Shown here one piece after another: positions 38,957-51,943 of a stretch of 64,000 nt of DNA. The notes under the pieces were generated by a model that saw only the letters and a list, made by a program, of their open reading frames with translations, had not been told where the DNA came from and made no database searches. The DNA lies in NCBI GenBank assembly GCA_964057225.1, contig OZ059899.1:2170001-2234000 (forward strand), given 5' to 3'. Source of the DNA: Auanema rhodensis (Eukaryota > Animalia > Nematoda). Numbering within the stretch: the stretch's first letter is position 1; each line of letters starts with the position of its first letter. Both the position numbers and the translations under genes were made by a program.

Positions 38957-41900
38957 TTTTTCAAACGATCATAACTAATTTTTGTATCAAGCGTTTCTCA
39001 ATGTAGTATAGTGCATTCGATGCGGATTTTTAAGCTGCGTCGATCTGTGTTATCAGTTTTGCGCTAACTTAAAAATGCACCGAGATATCAACTGATATAA
39101 GTTCACACTTATATCCTCGATTTTCACCCTGAACAATTAATTTTTTCGTTGAATAACATTGTCCATCGTCTTTGCCTTGAAAAATGGAATCTAAAAACAT
39201 CTACTTTTTGCTAAATTATTTTGAAATTTTTCGAAAAAATTTTTGTCAAAATGTTTTTGGAAGCAATGTTGAGTGTACATGGAAACTCAACATACACTAA
39301 TGCATCATTTTTCAAACGATCATAACTAATTTTTGTATCAAACGTTTCTCAATGTAGTATAGTGCATTCGATGCGGATTTTTAAGCTGCGTCGATCTGTG
39401 TTATCAGATTTGCGCTAGCTTAAAAATGCACCGAGATATCAACTGATATAAGTTCACACTTATATCCTCGATTTTCACCCTGAAGAATTCATTTTTTCGT
39501 TGAATAACATTGTCCATCGTCTTTGCCTTGAAAAAAGGAATCCAAAAACATCTACTTTTTGCTAAATTATTTTGAAATTTTTGGAAAAAATTTTTGTCAA
39601 AATGTTTTTGGAAGCAATGTTGAGTGTACATGGAAACTCAACATACACTAATGCATCATTTTTCAAACGATCATAACTAATTTTTGTATTAAGCGTTTCT
39701 CAATGTAGTATAGTGCATTCGATGCGAATTTTTAAGCTGCGTCGATCTGTGTTATCAGATTTGCGCTAGCTTAAAAATGCACCGAGATATCAACTGATAT
39801 AAGTTCACACTTATATCCTCGATTTTCACCCTGAAGAATTAATTTTTTCGTTGAATAGCATTGTCCATCGTCTTTGCCTTGGAAAAAGGAATCTAAAAAC
39901 ATCTACTTTTTGCTAAATTATTTTGAAATTTTTCGAAAAAATTTTTGTCAAAATGTTTTTGGAAGCAATGTTGAGTGTACATGGAAACTCAACATACACT
40001 AATGCATCATTTTTCAAACGATCATAACTAATTTTTGTATCAAGCGTTTCTCGATGTAGTATAGTGCATTCGATGCGGATTTTTAAGCTGCGTCGATCTG
40101 TGTTATCAGATTTGCGCTAGCTTACAAATGCACCGAGATATCAACTGATATAAGTTCACACTTATATCCTCGATTTTCACCCTGAAGAATTAATTTTTTC
40201 GTTGAATAACATTGTCCATCGTCTTTGCCTTGAAAAATGGAATCTAAAAACATCTACTTTTTGCTAAATTATTTTGAAATTTTTCGAAAAAATTTTTGTC
40301 AAAATGTTTTTGGAAGCAATGTTGAGTGTACATGGAAACTCAACATACACTAATGCATCATTTTTCAAACAATCATAACTAATTTGTGTATTAAGCGTTT
40401 CTCAATGTAGTATAGTGCATTCGATGCGGATTTTTAAGCTGCGTCGATCTGTGTTATCAGATTTGCGCTAACTTAAAAATGCACCGAGATATCAACTGAT
40501 ATAAGTTCACACTTATATCCTCGATTTTCACCCTGAACAATTAATTTTTTCGTTGAATAACATTGTCCATCGTCTTTGCCTTGAAAAATGGAATCTAAAA
40601 ACATCTACTTTTTGCTAAATTATTTTGAAATTTTTCGAAAAAATTTTTGTCAAAATGTTTTTGGAAGCAATGTTGAGTGTACATGGAAACTCAACATACA
40701 CTAATGCATCATTTTTCAAACGATCATAACTAATTTTTGTATCAAGCGTTTCTCAATGTAGTATAGTGCATTCGATGCGGATTTTTAAGCTGCGTCGATC
40801 TGTGTTATCAGATTTGCGCTAGCTTAAAAATGCACCGAGATATCAACTGATATAAGTTCACACTTATATCCTCGATTTTCACCCTGAAGAATTAATTTTT
40901 TCGTTGAATAACACTATCCATCGTCTTTGACTTGAAAAATGGAATCTAAAAACATCTACTTTTTGCTAAATTATTTTGAAATTTTTCGAAAAAATTTTTG
41001 TCAAAATGTTTTTGGAAGCAATGTTGAGTGTACATGGAAACTCAACATACACTAATGCATCATTTTTCAAACGATCATAACTAATTTTTGTATCAAGCGT
41101 TTCTCAATGTAGTATAGTGCATTCGATGCGGATTTTTAAGCTGCGTCGATCTGTGTTATCAGATTTGCGCTAACTTAAAAATGCACCGAGATATCAACTG
41201 ATATAAGTTCACACTTATATCCTCGATTTTCACCCTGAACAATTAATTTTTTCGTTGAATAACATTGTCCATCGTCTTTGCCTTGAAAAATGGAATCTAA
41301 AAACATCTACTTTGTGCTAAATTATTTTGAAATTTTTCGAAAAAATTTTTGTCAAAATGTTTTTGGAAGCAATGTTGAGTGTACATGGAAACTCAACATA
41401 CACTAATGCATCATTTTTCAAACGATCATAACTAATTTTTGTATCAAGCGTTTCTCAATGTAGTATAGTGCATTCGATGCGGATTTTTAAGCTGCGTCGA
41501 TCTGTGTTATCAGATTTGCGCTAGCTTAAAAATGCACCGAGATATCAACTGATATAAGTTCACACTTATATCCTCGATTTTCACCCTGAAGAATTAATTT
41601 TTTCGTTGAATAACACTATCCATCGTCTTTGACTTGAAAAATGGAATCTAAAAACATCTACTTTTTGCTAAATTATTTTGAAATTTTTCGAAAAAATTTT
41701 TGTCAAAATGTTTTTGGAAGCAATGTTGAGTGTACATGGAAACTCAACATACACTAATGCATCATTTTTCAAACAATCATAACTAATTTGTGTATTAAGC
41801 GTTTCTTAATGTAGTATAGTGCATTCGATGCGGATTTTTAAGCTGCGTCGATCTGTGTTATCAGATTTGCGCTAGCTTAAAAATGCACCGAGATATCAAC

Positions 41901-44900
41901 TGATATAAGTTCACACTTATATCCTCGATTTTCACCCTGAAGAATTAATTTTTTCGTTGAATAACATTATCCATCGTCTTTGACTTGAAAAATGGAATCT
42001 AAAAACATCTACTTTTTGCTAAATTATTTTGAAATTTTTCGAAAAAATTTTTGTCAAAATGTTTTTGGAAGCAATGTTGAGTGTACATGGAAACTCAACA
42101 TACACTAATGCATCATTTTTCAAACGATCATAACTAATTTTTGTATCAAGCGTTTCTCAATGTAGTATAGTGCATTCGATGCGGATTTTTAAGCTGCGTC
42201 GATCTGTGTTATCAGTTTTGCGCTAACTTAAAAATGCACCGAGATATCAACTGATATAAGTTCACACTTATATCCTCGATTTTCACCCTGAACAATTAAT
42301 TTTTTCGTTGAATAACATTGTCCATCGTCTTTGCCTTGAAAAATGGAATCTAAAAACATCTACTTTTTGCTAAATTATTTTGAAATTTTTCGAAAAAATT
42401 TTTGTCAAAATGTTTTTGGAAGCAATGTTGAGTGTACATGGAAACTCAACATACACTAATGCATCATTTTTCAAACGATCATAACTAATTTTTGTATCAA
42501 ACGTTTCTCAATGTAGTATAGTGCATTCGATGCGGATTTTTAAGCTGCGTCGATCTGTGTTATCAGATTTGCGCTAGCTTAAAAATGCACCGAGATATCA
42601 ACTGATATAAGTTCACACTTATATCCTCGATTTTCACCCTGAAGAATTCATTTTTTCGTTGAATAACATTGTCCATCGTCTTTGCCTTGAAAAAAGGAAT
42701 CCAAAAACATCTACTTTTTGCTAAATTATTTTGAAATTTTTGGAAAAAATTTTTGTCAAAATGTTTTTGGAAGCAATGTTGAGTGTACATGGAAACTCAA
42801 CATACACTAATGCATCATTTTTCAAACGATCATAACTAATTTTTGTATTAAGCGTTTCTCAATGTAGTATAGTGCATTCGATGCGAATTTTTAAGCTGCG
42901 TCGATCTGTGTTATCAGATTTGCGCTAGCTTAAAAATGCACCGAGATATCAACTGATATAAGTTCACACTTATATCCTCGATTTTCACCCTGAAGAATTA
43001 ATTTTTTCGTTGAATAGCATTGTCCATCGTCTTTGCCTTGGAAAAAGGAATCTAAAAACATCTACTTTTTGCTAAATTATTCTGAAATTTTTCGAAAAAA
43101 TTTTTGTCAAAATGTTTTTGGAAGCAATGTTGAGTGTACATGGAAACTCAACATACACTAATGCATCATTTTTCAAACGATCATAACTAATTTTTGTATC
43201 AAGCGTTTCTCGATGTAGTATAGTGCATTCGATGCGGATTTTTAAGCTGCGTCGATCTGTGTTATCAGATTTGCGCTAGCTTACAAATGCACCGAGATAT
43301 CAACTGATATAAGTTCACACTTATATCCTCGATTTTCACCCTGAAGAATTAATTTTTTCGTTGAATAACATTGTCCATCGTCTTTGCCTTGAAAAATGGA
43401 ATCTAAAAACATCTACTTTTTGCTAAATTATTTTGAAATTTTTCGAAAAAATTTTTGTCAAAATGTTTTTGGAAGCAATGTTGAGTGTACATGGAAACTC
43501 AACATACACTAATGCATCATTTTTCAAACAATCATAACTAATTTGTGTATTAAGCGTTTCTCAATGTAGTATAGTGCATTCGATGCGGATTTTTAAGCTG
43601 CGTCGATCTGTGTTATCAGATTTGCGCTAACTTAAAAATGCACCGAGATATCAACTGATATAAGTTCACACTTATATCCTCGATTTTCACCCTGAACAAT
43701 TAATTTTTTCGTTGAATAACATTGTCCATTGTCTTTGCCTTGAAAAATGGAATCTAAAAACATCTACTTTTTGCTAAATTATTTTGAAATTTTTCGAAAA
43801 AATTTTTGTCAAAATGTTTTTGGAAGCAATGTTGAGTGTACATGGAAACTCAACATACACTAATGCATCATTTTTCAAACGATCATAACTAATTTTTGTA
43901 TCAAGCGTTTCTCAATGTAGTATAGTGCATTCGATGCGGATTTTTAAGCTGCGTCGATCTGTGTTATCAGATTTGCGCTAGCTTAAAAATGCACCGAGAT
44001 ATCAACTGATATAAGTTCACACTTATATCCTCGATTTTCACCCTGAAGAATTAATTTTTTCGTTGAATAACACTATCCATCGTCTTTGACTTGAAAAATG
44101 GAATCTAAAAACATCTACTTTTTGCTAAATTATTTTGAAATTTTTCGAAAAAATTTTTGTCAAAATGTTTTTGGAAGCAATGTTGAGTGTACATGGAAAC
44201 TCAACATACACTAATGCATCATTTTTCAAACGATCATAACTAATTTTTGTATCAAGCGTTTCTCAATGTAGTATAGTGCATTCGATGCGGATTTTTAAGC
44301 TGCGTCGATCTGTGTTATCAGATTTGCGCTAGCTTAAAAATGCACCGAGATATCAACTGATATAAGTTCACACTTATATCCTCGATTTTCACCCTGAAGA
44401 ATTAATTTTTTCGTTGAATAACACTATCCATCGTCTTTGACTTGAAAAATGGAATCTAAAAACATCTACTTTTTGCTAAATTATTTTGAAATTTTTCGAA
44501 AAAATTTTTGTCAAAATGTTTTTGGAAGCAATGTTGAGTGTACATGGAAACTCAACATACACTAATGCATCATTTTTCAAACGATCATAACTAATTTTTG
44601 TATCAAGCGTTTCTCAATGTAGTATAGTGCATTCGATGCGGATTTTTAAGCTGCGTCGATCTGTGTTATCAGATTTGCGCTAACTTAAAAATGCACCGAG
44701 ATATCAACTGATATAAGTTCACACTTATATCCTCGATTTTCACCCTGAACAATTAATTTTTTCGTTGAATAACATTGTCCATTGTCTTTGCCTTGAAAAA
44801 TGGAATCTAAAAACATCTACTTTTTGCTAAATTATTTTGAAATTTTTCGAAAAAATTTTTGTCAAAATGTTTTTGGAAGCAATGTTGAGTGTACATGGAA

Positions 44901-45274
44901 ACTCAACATACACTAATGCATCATTTTTCAAACGATCATAACTAATTTTTGTATCAAGCGTTTCTCAATGTAGTATAGTGCATTCGATGCGGATTTTTAA
45001 GCTGCGTCGATCTGTGTTATCAGATTTGCGCTAGCTTAAAAATGCACCGAGATATCAACTGATATAAGTTCACACTTATATCCTCGATTTTCACCCTGAA
45101 GAATTAATTTTTTCGTTGAATAACACTATCCATCGTCTTTGACTTGAAAAATGGAATCTAAAAACATCTACTTTTTGCTAAATTATTTTGAAATTTTTCG
45201 AAAAAATTTTTGTCAAAATGTTTTTGGAAGCAATGTTGAGTGTACATGGAAACTCAACATACACTAATGCATCA
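38606..45274. repeat. Approximate 9-monomer duplication (offset 3159 bp)
   Basis: The series aacaat/gact, cagtttt, ORF-type, gcgaa/ttgg, ttacaa, aacaat/ctaac, cactat/gact starts at 38606 and again at 41765. Confidence 0.75.
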
Positions 45275-47029
45275 TTTTTCAAACAATCATAACTAATTTG
45301 TGTATTAAGCGTTTCTCAATGTAGTATAGTGCATTCGATGCGGATTTTTAAGCTGCGTCGATCTGTGTTATCAGATTTGCGCTAACTTAAAAATGCACCG
45401 AGATATCAACTGATATAAGTTCACACTTATATCCTCGATTTTCACCCTGAACAATTAATTTTTTCGTTGAATAACATTGTCCATCGTCTTTGCCTTGAAA
45501 AATGGAATCTAAAAACATCTACTTTTTGCTAAATTATTTTGAAATTTTTCGAAAAAATTTTTGTCAAAATGTTTTTGGAAGCAATGTTGAGTGTACATGG
45601 AAACTCAACATACACTAATGCATCATTTTTCAAACGATCATAACTAATTTTTGTATCAAGCGTTTCTCAATGTAGTATAGTGCATTCGATGCGGATTTTT
45701 AAGCTGCGTCGATCTGTGTTATCAGATTTGCGCTAGCTTAAAAATGCACCGAGATATCAACTGATATAAGTTCACACTTATATCCTCGATTTTCACCCTG
45801 AAGAATTAATTTTTTCGTTGAATAACACTATCCATCGTCTTTGACTTGAAAAATGGAATCTAAAAACATCTACTTTTTGCTAAATTATTTTGAAATTTTT
45901 CGAAAAAATTTTTGTCAAAATGTTTTTGGAAGCAATGTTGAGTGTACATGGAAACTCAACATACACTAATGCATCATTTTTCAAACGATCATAACTAATT
46001 TTTGTATCAAGCGTTTCTCAATGTAGTATAGTGCATTCGATGCGGATTTTTAAGCTGCGTCGATCTGTGTTATCAGATTTGCGCTAACTTAAAAATGCAC
46101 CGAGATATCAACTGATATAAGTTCACACTTATATCCTCGATTTTCACCCTGAACAATTAATTTTTTCGTTGAATAACATTGTCCATCGTCTTTGCCTTGA
46201 AAAATGGAATCTAAAAACATCTACTTTTTGCTAAATTATTTTGAAATTTTTCGAAAAAATTTTTGTCAAAATGTTTTTGGAAGCAATGTTGAGTGTACAT
46301 GGAAACTCAACATACACTAATGCATCATTTTTCAAACGATCATAACTAATTTTTGTATCAAACGTTTCTCAATGTAGTATAGTGCATTCGATGCGGATTT
46401 TTAAGCTGCGTCGATCTGTGTTATCAGATTTGCGCTAGCTTAAAAATGCACCGAGATATCAACTGATATAAGTTCACACTTATATCCTCGATTTTCACCC
46501 TGAAGAATTAATTTTTTCGTTGAATAACATTATCCATCGTCTTTGCCTTGAAAAATGGAATCTAAAAACATCTACTTTTTGCTAAATTATTTTGAAATTT
46601 TTCGAAAAACTTTTTGTCAAAATGTTTTTGGAAGCAATGTTGAGTGTACATGGAAACTCAACATACACTAATGCATCATTTTTCAAACGATTATAACTAA
46701 TTTTTGTATCAAGCGTTTCTCAATGTAGTATAGTGCATTCGATGCGGATTTTTAAGCTGCGTCGATCTGTGTTATCAGATTTGCGCTAACTTAAAAATGC
46801 ACCGAGATATCAACTGATATAAGTTCACACTTATATCCTCGATTTTCACCCTGAACAATTAATTTTTTCGTTGAATAACATTGTCCATCGTCTTTACCTT
46901 GAAAAATGGAATCTAAAAACATCTACTTTTTGCTAAATTATTTTGAAATTTTTCGAAAAAATTTTTGTCAAAATGTTTTTGGAAGCAATGTTGAGTGTAC
47001 ATGGAAACTCAACATACACTAATGCATCA

Positions 47030-50000
47030 TTTTTCAAACGATCATAACTAATTTTTGTATCAAACGTTTCTCAATGTAGTATAGTGCATTCGATGCGGAT
47101 TTTTAAGCTGCGTCGATCTGTGTTATCAGATTTGCGCTAGCTTAAAAATGCACCGAGATATCAACTGATATAAGTTCACACTTATATCCTCGATTTTCAC
47201 CCTGAACAATTAATTTTTTCGTTGAATAACATTGTCCATCGTCTTTGCCTTGAAAAAAGGAATCTAAAAACATCTACTTTTTGCTAAATTATTTTGAAAT
47301 TTTTGGAAAAAATTTTTGTCAAAATGTTTTTGGAAGCAATGTTGAGTGTACATGGAAACTCAACATACACTAATGCATCATTTTTCAAACGATCATAACT
47401 AATTTTTGTATCAAGCGTTTCTCAATGTAGTATAGTGCATTCGATGCGGATTTGTAAGCTGCGTCGATCTGTGTTATCAGATTTGCGCTAGCTTAAAAAT
47501 GCACCGAGATATCAACTGATATAAGTTCACACTTATATCCTCGATTTTCACCCTGAAGAATTAATTTTTTCGTTGAATAGCATTGTCCATCGTCTTTGCC
47601 TTGAAAAAAGGAATCTAAAAACATCTACTTTTTGCTAAATTATTTTGAAATTTTTCGAAAAAATTTTTGTCAAAATGTTTTTGGAAGCAATGTTGAGTGT
47701 ACATGGAAACTCAACATACACTAATGCATCATTTTTCAAACGATCATAACTAATTTTTGTATCAAACGTTTCTCAATGTAGTATAGTGCATTCGATGCGG
47801 ATTTTTAAGCTGCGTCGATCTGTGTTATCAGATTTGCGCTAGCTTAAAAATGCACCGAGATATCAACTGATATAAGTTCACACTTATATCCTCGATTTTC
47901 ACCCTGAACAATTAATTTTTTCGTTGAATAACATTGTCCATCGTCTTTGCCTTGAAAAAAGGAATCTAAAAACATCTACTTTTTGCTAAATTATTTTGAA
48001 ATTTTTGGAAAAAATTTTTGTCAAAATGTTTTTGGAAGCAATGTTGAGTGTACATGGAAACTCAACATACACTAATGCATCATTTTTCAAACGATCATAA
48101 CTAATTTTTGTATCAAGCGTTTCTCAATGTAGTATAGTGCATTCGATGCGGATTTGTAAGCTGCGTCGATCTGTGTTATCAGATTTGCGCTAGCTTAAAA
48201 ATGCACCGAGATATCAACTGATATAAGTTCACACTTATATCCTCGATTTTCACCCTGAAGAATTAATTTTTTCGTTGAATAGCATTGTCCATCGTCTTTG
48301 CCTTGAAAAAAGGAATCTAAAAACATCTACTTTTTGCTAAATTATTTTGAAATTTTTCGAAAAAATTTTTGTCAAAATGTTTTTGGAAGCAATGTTGAGT
48401 GTACATGGAAACTCAACATACACTAATGCATCATTTTTCAAACGATCATAACTAATTTTTGTATCAAACGTTTCTCAATGTAGTATAGTGCATTCGATGC
48501 GGATTTTTAAGCTGCGTCGATCTGTGTTATCAGATTTGCGCTAGCTTAAAAATGCACCGAGATATCAACTGATATAAGTTCACACTTATATCCTCGATTT
48601 TCACCCTGAACAATTAATTTTTTCGTTGAATAACATTGTCCATCGTCTTTGCCTTGAAAAAAGGAATCTAAAAACATCTACTTTTTGCTAAATTATTTTG
48701 AAATTTTTGGAAAAAATTTTTGTCAAAATGTTTTTGGAAGCAATGTTGAGTGTACATGGAAACTCAACATACACTAATGCATCATTTTTCAAACGATCAT
48801 AACTAATTTTTGTATCAAGCGTTTCTCAATGTAGTATAGTGCATTCGATGCGGATTTGTAAGCTGCGTCGATCTGTGTTATCAGATTTGCGCTAGCTTAA
48901 AAATGCACCGAGATATCAACTGATATAAGTTCACACTTATATCCTCGATTTTCACCCTGAAGAATTAATTTTTTCGTTGAATAGCATTGTCCATCGTCTT
49001 TGCCTTGAAAAAAGGAATCTAAAAACATCTACTTTTTGCTAAATTATTTTGAAATTTTTCGAAAAAATTTTTGTCAAAATGTTTTTGGAAGCAATGTTGA
49101 GTGTACATGGAAACTCAACATACACTAATGCATCATTTTTCAAACGATCATAACTAATTTTTGTATCAAACGTTTCTCAATGTAGTATAGTGCATTCGAT
49201 GCGGATTTTTAAGCTGCGTCGATCTGTGTTATCAGATTTGCGCTAGCTTAAAAATGCACCGAGATATCAACTGATATAAGTTCACACTTATATCCTCGAT
49301 TTTCACCCTGAACAATTAATTTTTTCGTTGAATAACATTGTCCATCGTCTTTGCCTTGAAAAAAGGAATCTAAAAACATCTACTTTTTGCTAAATTATTT
49401 TGAAATTTTTGGAAAAAATTTTTGTCAAAATGTTTTTGGAAGCAATGTTGAGTGTACATGGAAACTCAACATACACTAATGCATCATTTTTCAAACGATC
49501 ATAACTAATTTTTGTATCAAGCGTTTCTCGATGTAGTATAGTGCATTCGATGCGAATTTTTAAGCTGCGTCGATCTGTGTTATCAGATTTGCGCTAGCTT
49601 AAAAATGCACCGAGATATCAACTGATATAAGTTCACACTTATATCCTCGATTTTCACCCTGAAGAATTAATTTTTTCGTTGAATAGCATTGTCCATCGTC
49701 TTTGCCTTGGAAAAAGGAATCTAAAAACATCTACTTTTTGCTAAATTATTTTGAAATTTTTCGAAAAAATTTTTGTCAAAATGTTTTTGGAAGCAATGTT
49801 GAGTGTACATGGAAACTCAACATACACTAATGCATCATTTTTCAAACGATCATAACTAATTTTTGTATTAAGCGTTTCTCAATGTAGTATAGTGCATTCG
49901 ATGCGGATTTTTAAGCTGCGTCGATCTGTGTTATCAGATTTGCGCTAGCTTAGAAATGCACCGAGATATCAACTGATATAAGTTCACACTTATATCCTCG

Positions 50001-51943
50001 ATTTTCACCCTGAAGAATTAATTTTTTCGTTGAATAGCATTGTCCATCGTCTTTGCCTTGAAAAAAGGAATCTAAAAACATCTACTTTTTGCTAAATTAT
50101 TTTGAAATTTTTCGAAAAAATTTTTGTCAAAATGTTTTTGGAAGCAATGTTGAGTGTACATGGAAACTCAACATACACTAATGCATCATTTTTCAAACGA
50201 TCATAACTAATTTTTGTATCAAGCGTTTCTCAATGTAGTATAGTGCATTCGATGCGGATTTTTAAGCTGCGTCGATCTGTGTTATCAGATTTGCGCTAAC
50301 TTAAAAATGCACCGAGATATCAACTGATATAAGTTCACACTTATATCCTCGATTTTCACCCTGAACAATTAATTTTTTCGTTGAATAACATTGTCCATCG
50401 TCTTTACCTTGAAAAATGGAATCTAAAAACATCTACTTTTTGCTAAATTATTTTGAAATTTTTCGAAAAAATTTTTGTCAAAATGTTTTTGGAAGCAATG
50501 TTGAGTGTACATGGAAACTCAACATACACTAATGCATCATTTTTCAAACGATCATAACTAATTTTTGTATCAAACGTTTCTCAATGTAGTATAGTGCATT
50601 CGATGCGGATTTTTAAGCTGCGTCGATCTGTGTTATCAGATTTGCGCTAGCTTAAAAATGCACCGAGATATCAACTGATATAAGTTCACACTTATATCCT
50701 CGATTTTCACCCTGAACAATTAATTTTTTCGTTGAATAACATTGTCCATCGTCTTTGCCTTGAAAAAAGGAATCTAAAAACATCTACTTTTTGCTAAATT
50801 ATTTTGAAATTTTTGGAAAAAATTTTTGTCAAAATGTTTTTGGAAGCAATGTTGAGTGTACATGGAAACTCAACATACACTAATGCATCATTTTTCAAAC
50901 GATCATAACTAATTTTTGTATCAAGCGTTTCTCAATGTAGTATAGTGCATTCGATGCGGATTTGTAAGCTGCGTCGATCTGTGTTATCAGATTTGCGCTA
51001 GCTTAAAAATGCACCGAGATATCAACTGATATAAGTTCACACTTATATCCTCGATTTTCACCCTGAAGAATTAATTTTTTCGTTGAATAGCATTGTCCAT
51101 CGTCTTTGCCTTGAAAAAAGGAATCTAAAAACATCTACTTTTTGCTAAATTATTTTGAAATTTTTCGAAAAAATTTTTGTCAAAATGTTTTTGGAAGCAA
51201 TGTTGAGTGTACATGGAAACTCAACATACACTAATGCATCATTTTTCAAACGATCATAACTAATTTTTGTATCAAACGTTTCTCAATGTAGTATAGTGCA
51301 TTCGATGCGGATTTTTAAGCTGCGTCGATCTGTGTTATCAGATTTGCGCTAGCTTAAAAATGCACCGAGATATCAACTGATATAAGTTCACACTTATATC
51401 CTCGATTTTCACCCTGAACAATTAATTTTTTCGTTGAATAACATTGTCCATCGTCTTTGCCTTGAAAAAAGGAATCTAAAAACATCTACTTTTTGCTAAA
51501 TTATTTTGAAATTTTTGGAAAAAATTTTTGTCAAAATGTTTTTGGAAGCAATGTTGAGTGTACATGGAAACTCAACATACACTAATGCATCATTTTTCAA
51601 ACGATCATAACTAATTTTTGTATCAAGCGTTTCTCAATGTAGTATAGTGCATTCGATGCGGATTTGTAAGCTGCGTCGATCTGTGTTATCAGATTTGCGC
51701 TAGCTTAAAAATGCACCGAGATATCAACTGATATAAGTTCACACTTATATCCTCGATTTTCACCCTGAAGAATTAATTTTTTCGTTGAATAGCATTGTCC
51801 ATCGTCTTTGCCTTGAAAAAAGGAATCTAAAAACATCTACTTTTTGCTAAATTATTTTGAAATTTTTGGAAAAAATTTTTGTCAAAATGTTTTTGGAAGC
51901 AATGTTGAGTGTACATGGAAACTCAACATACACTAATGCATCA
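47030..51943. repeat. Dimeric (702-bp) higher-order repeat runs
   Basis: Type A monomers (aaacg, gaacaa, aaaagg, ttttgg) alternate with type B (tttgtaag, agc, aaaagg). The pattern is ABABABA at 47030-49486 and ABAB' at 50540-51943. Confidence 0.85.

Noticed and set aside
21156-42790. Ten 75-aa ORFs as a multicopy gene family
   Set aside because: They are satellite monomers differing by a few SNPs from stop-containing neighbours. There is an in-frame TGA three codons upstream of the ATG, no recognisable domain, and a composition explained by A/T tracts.
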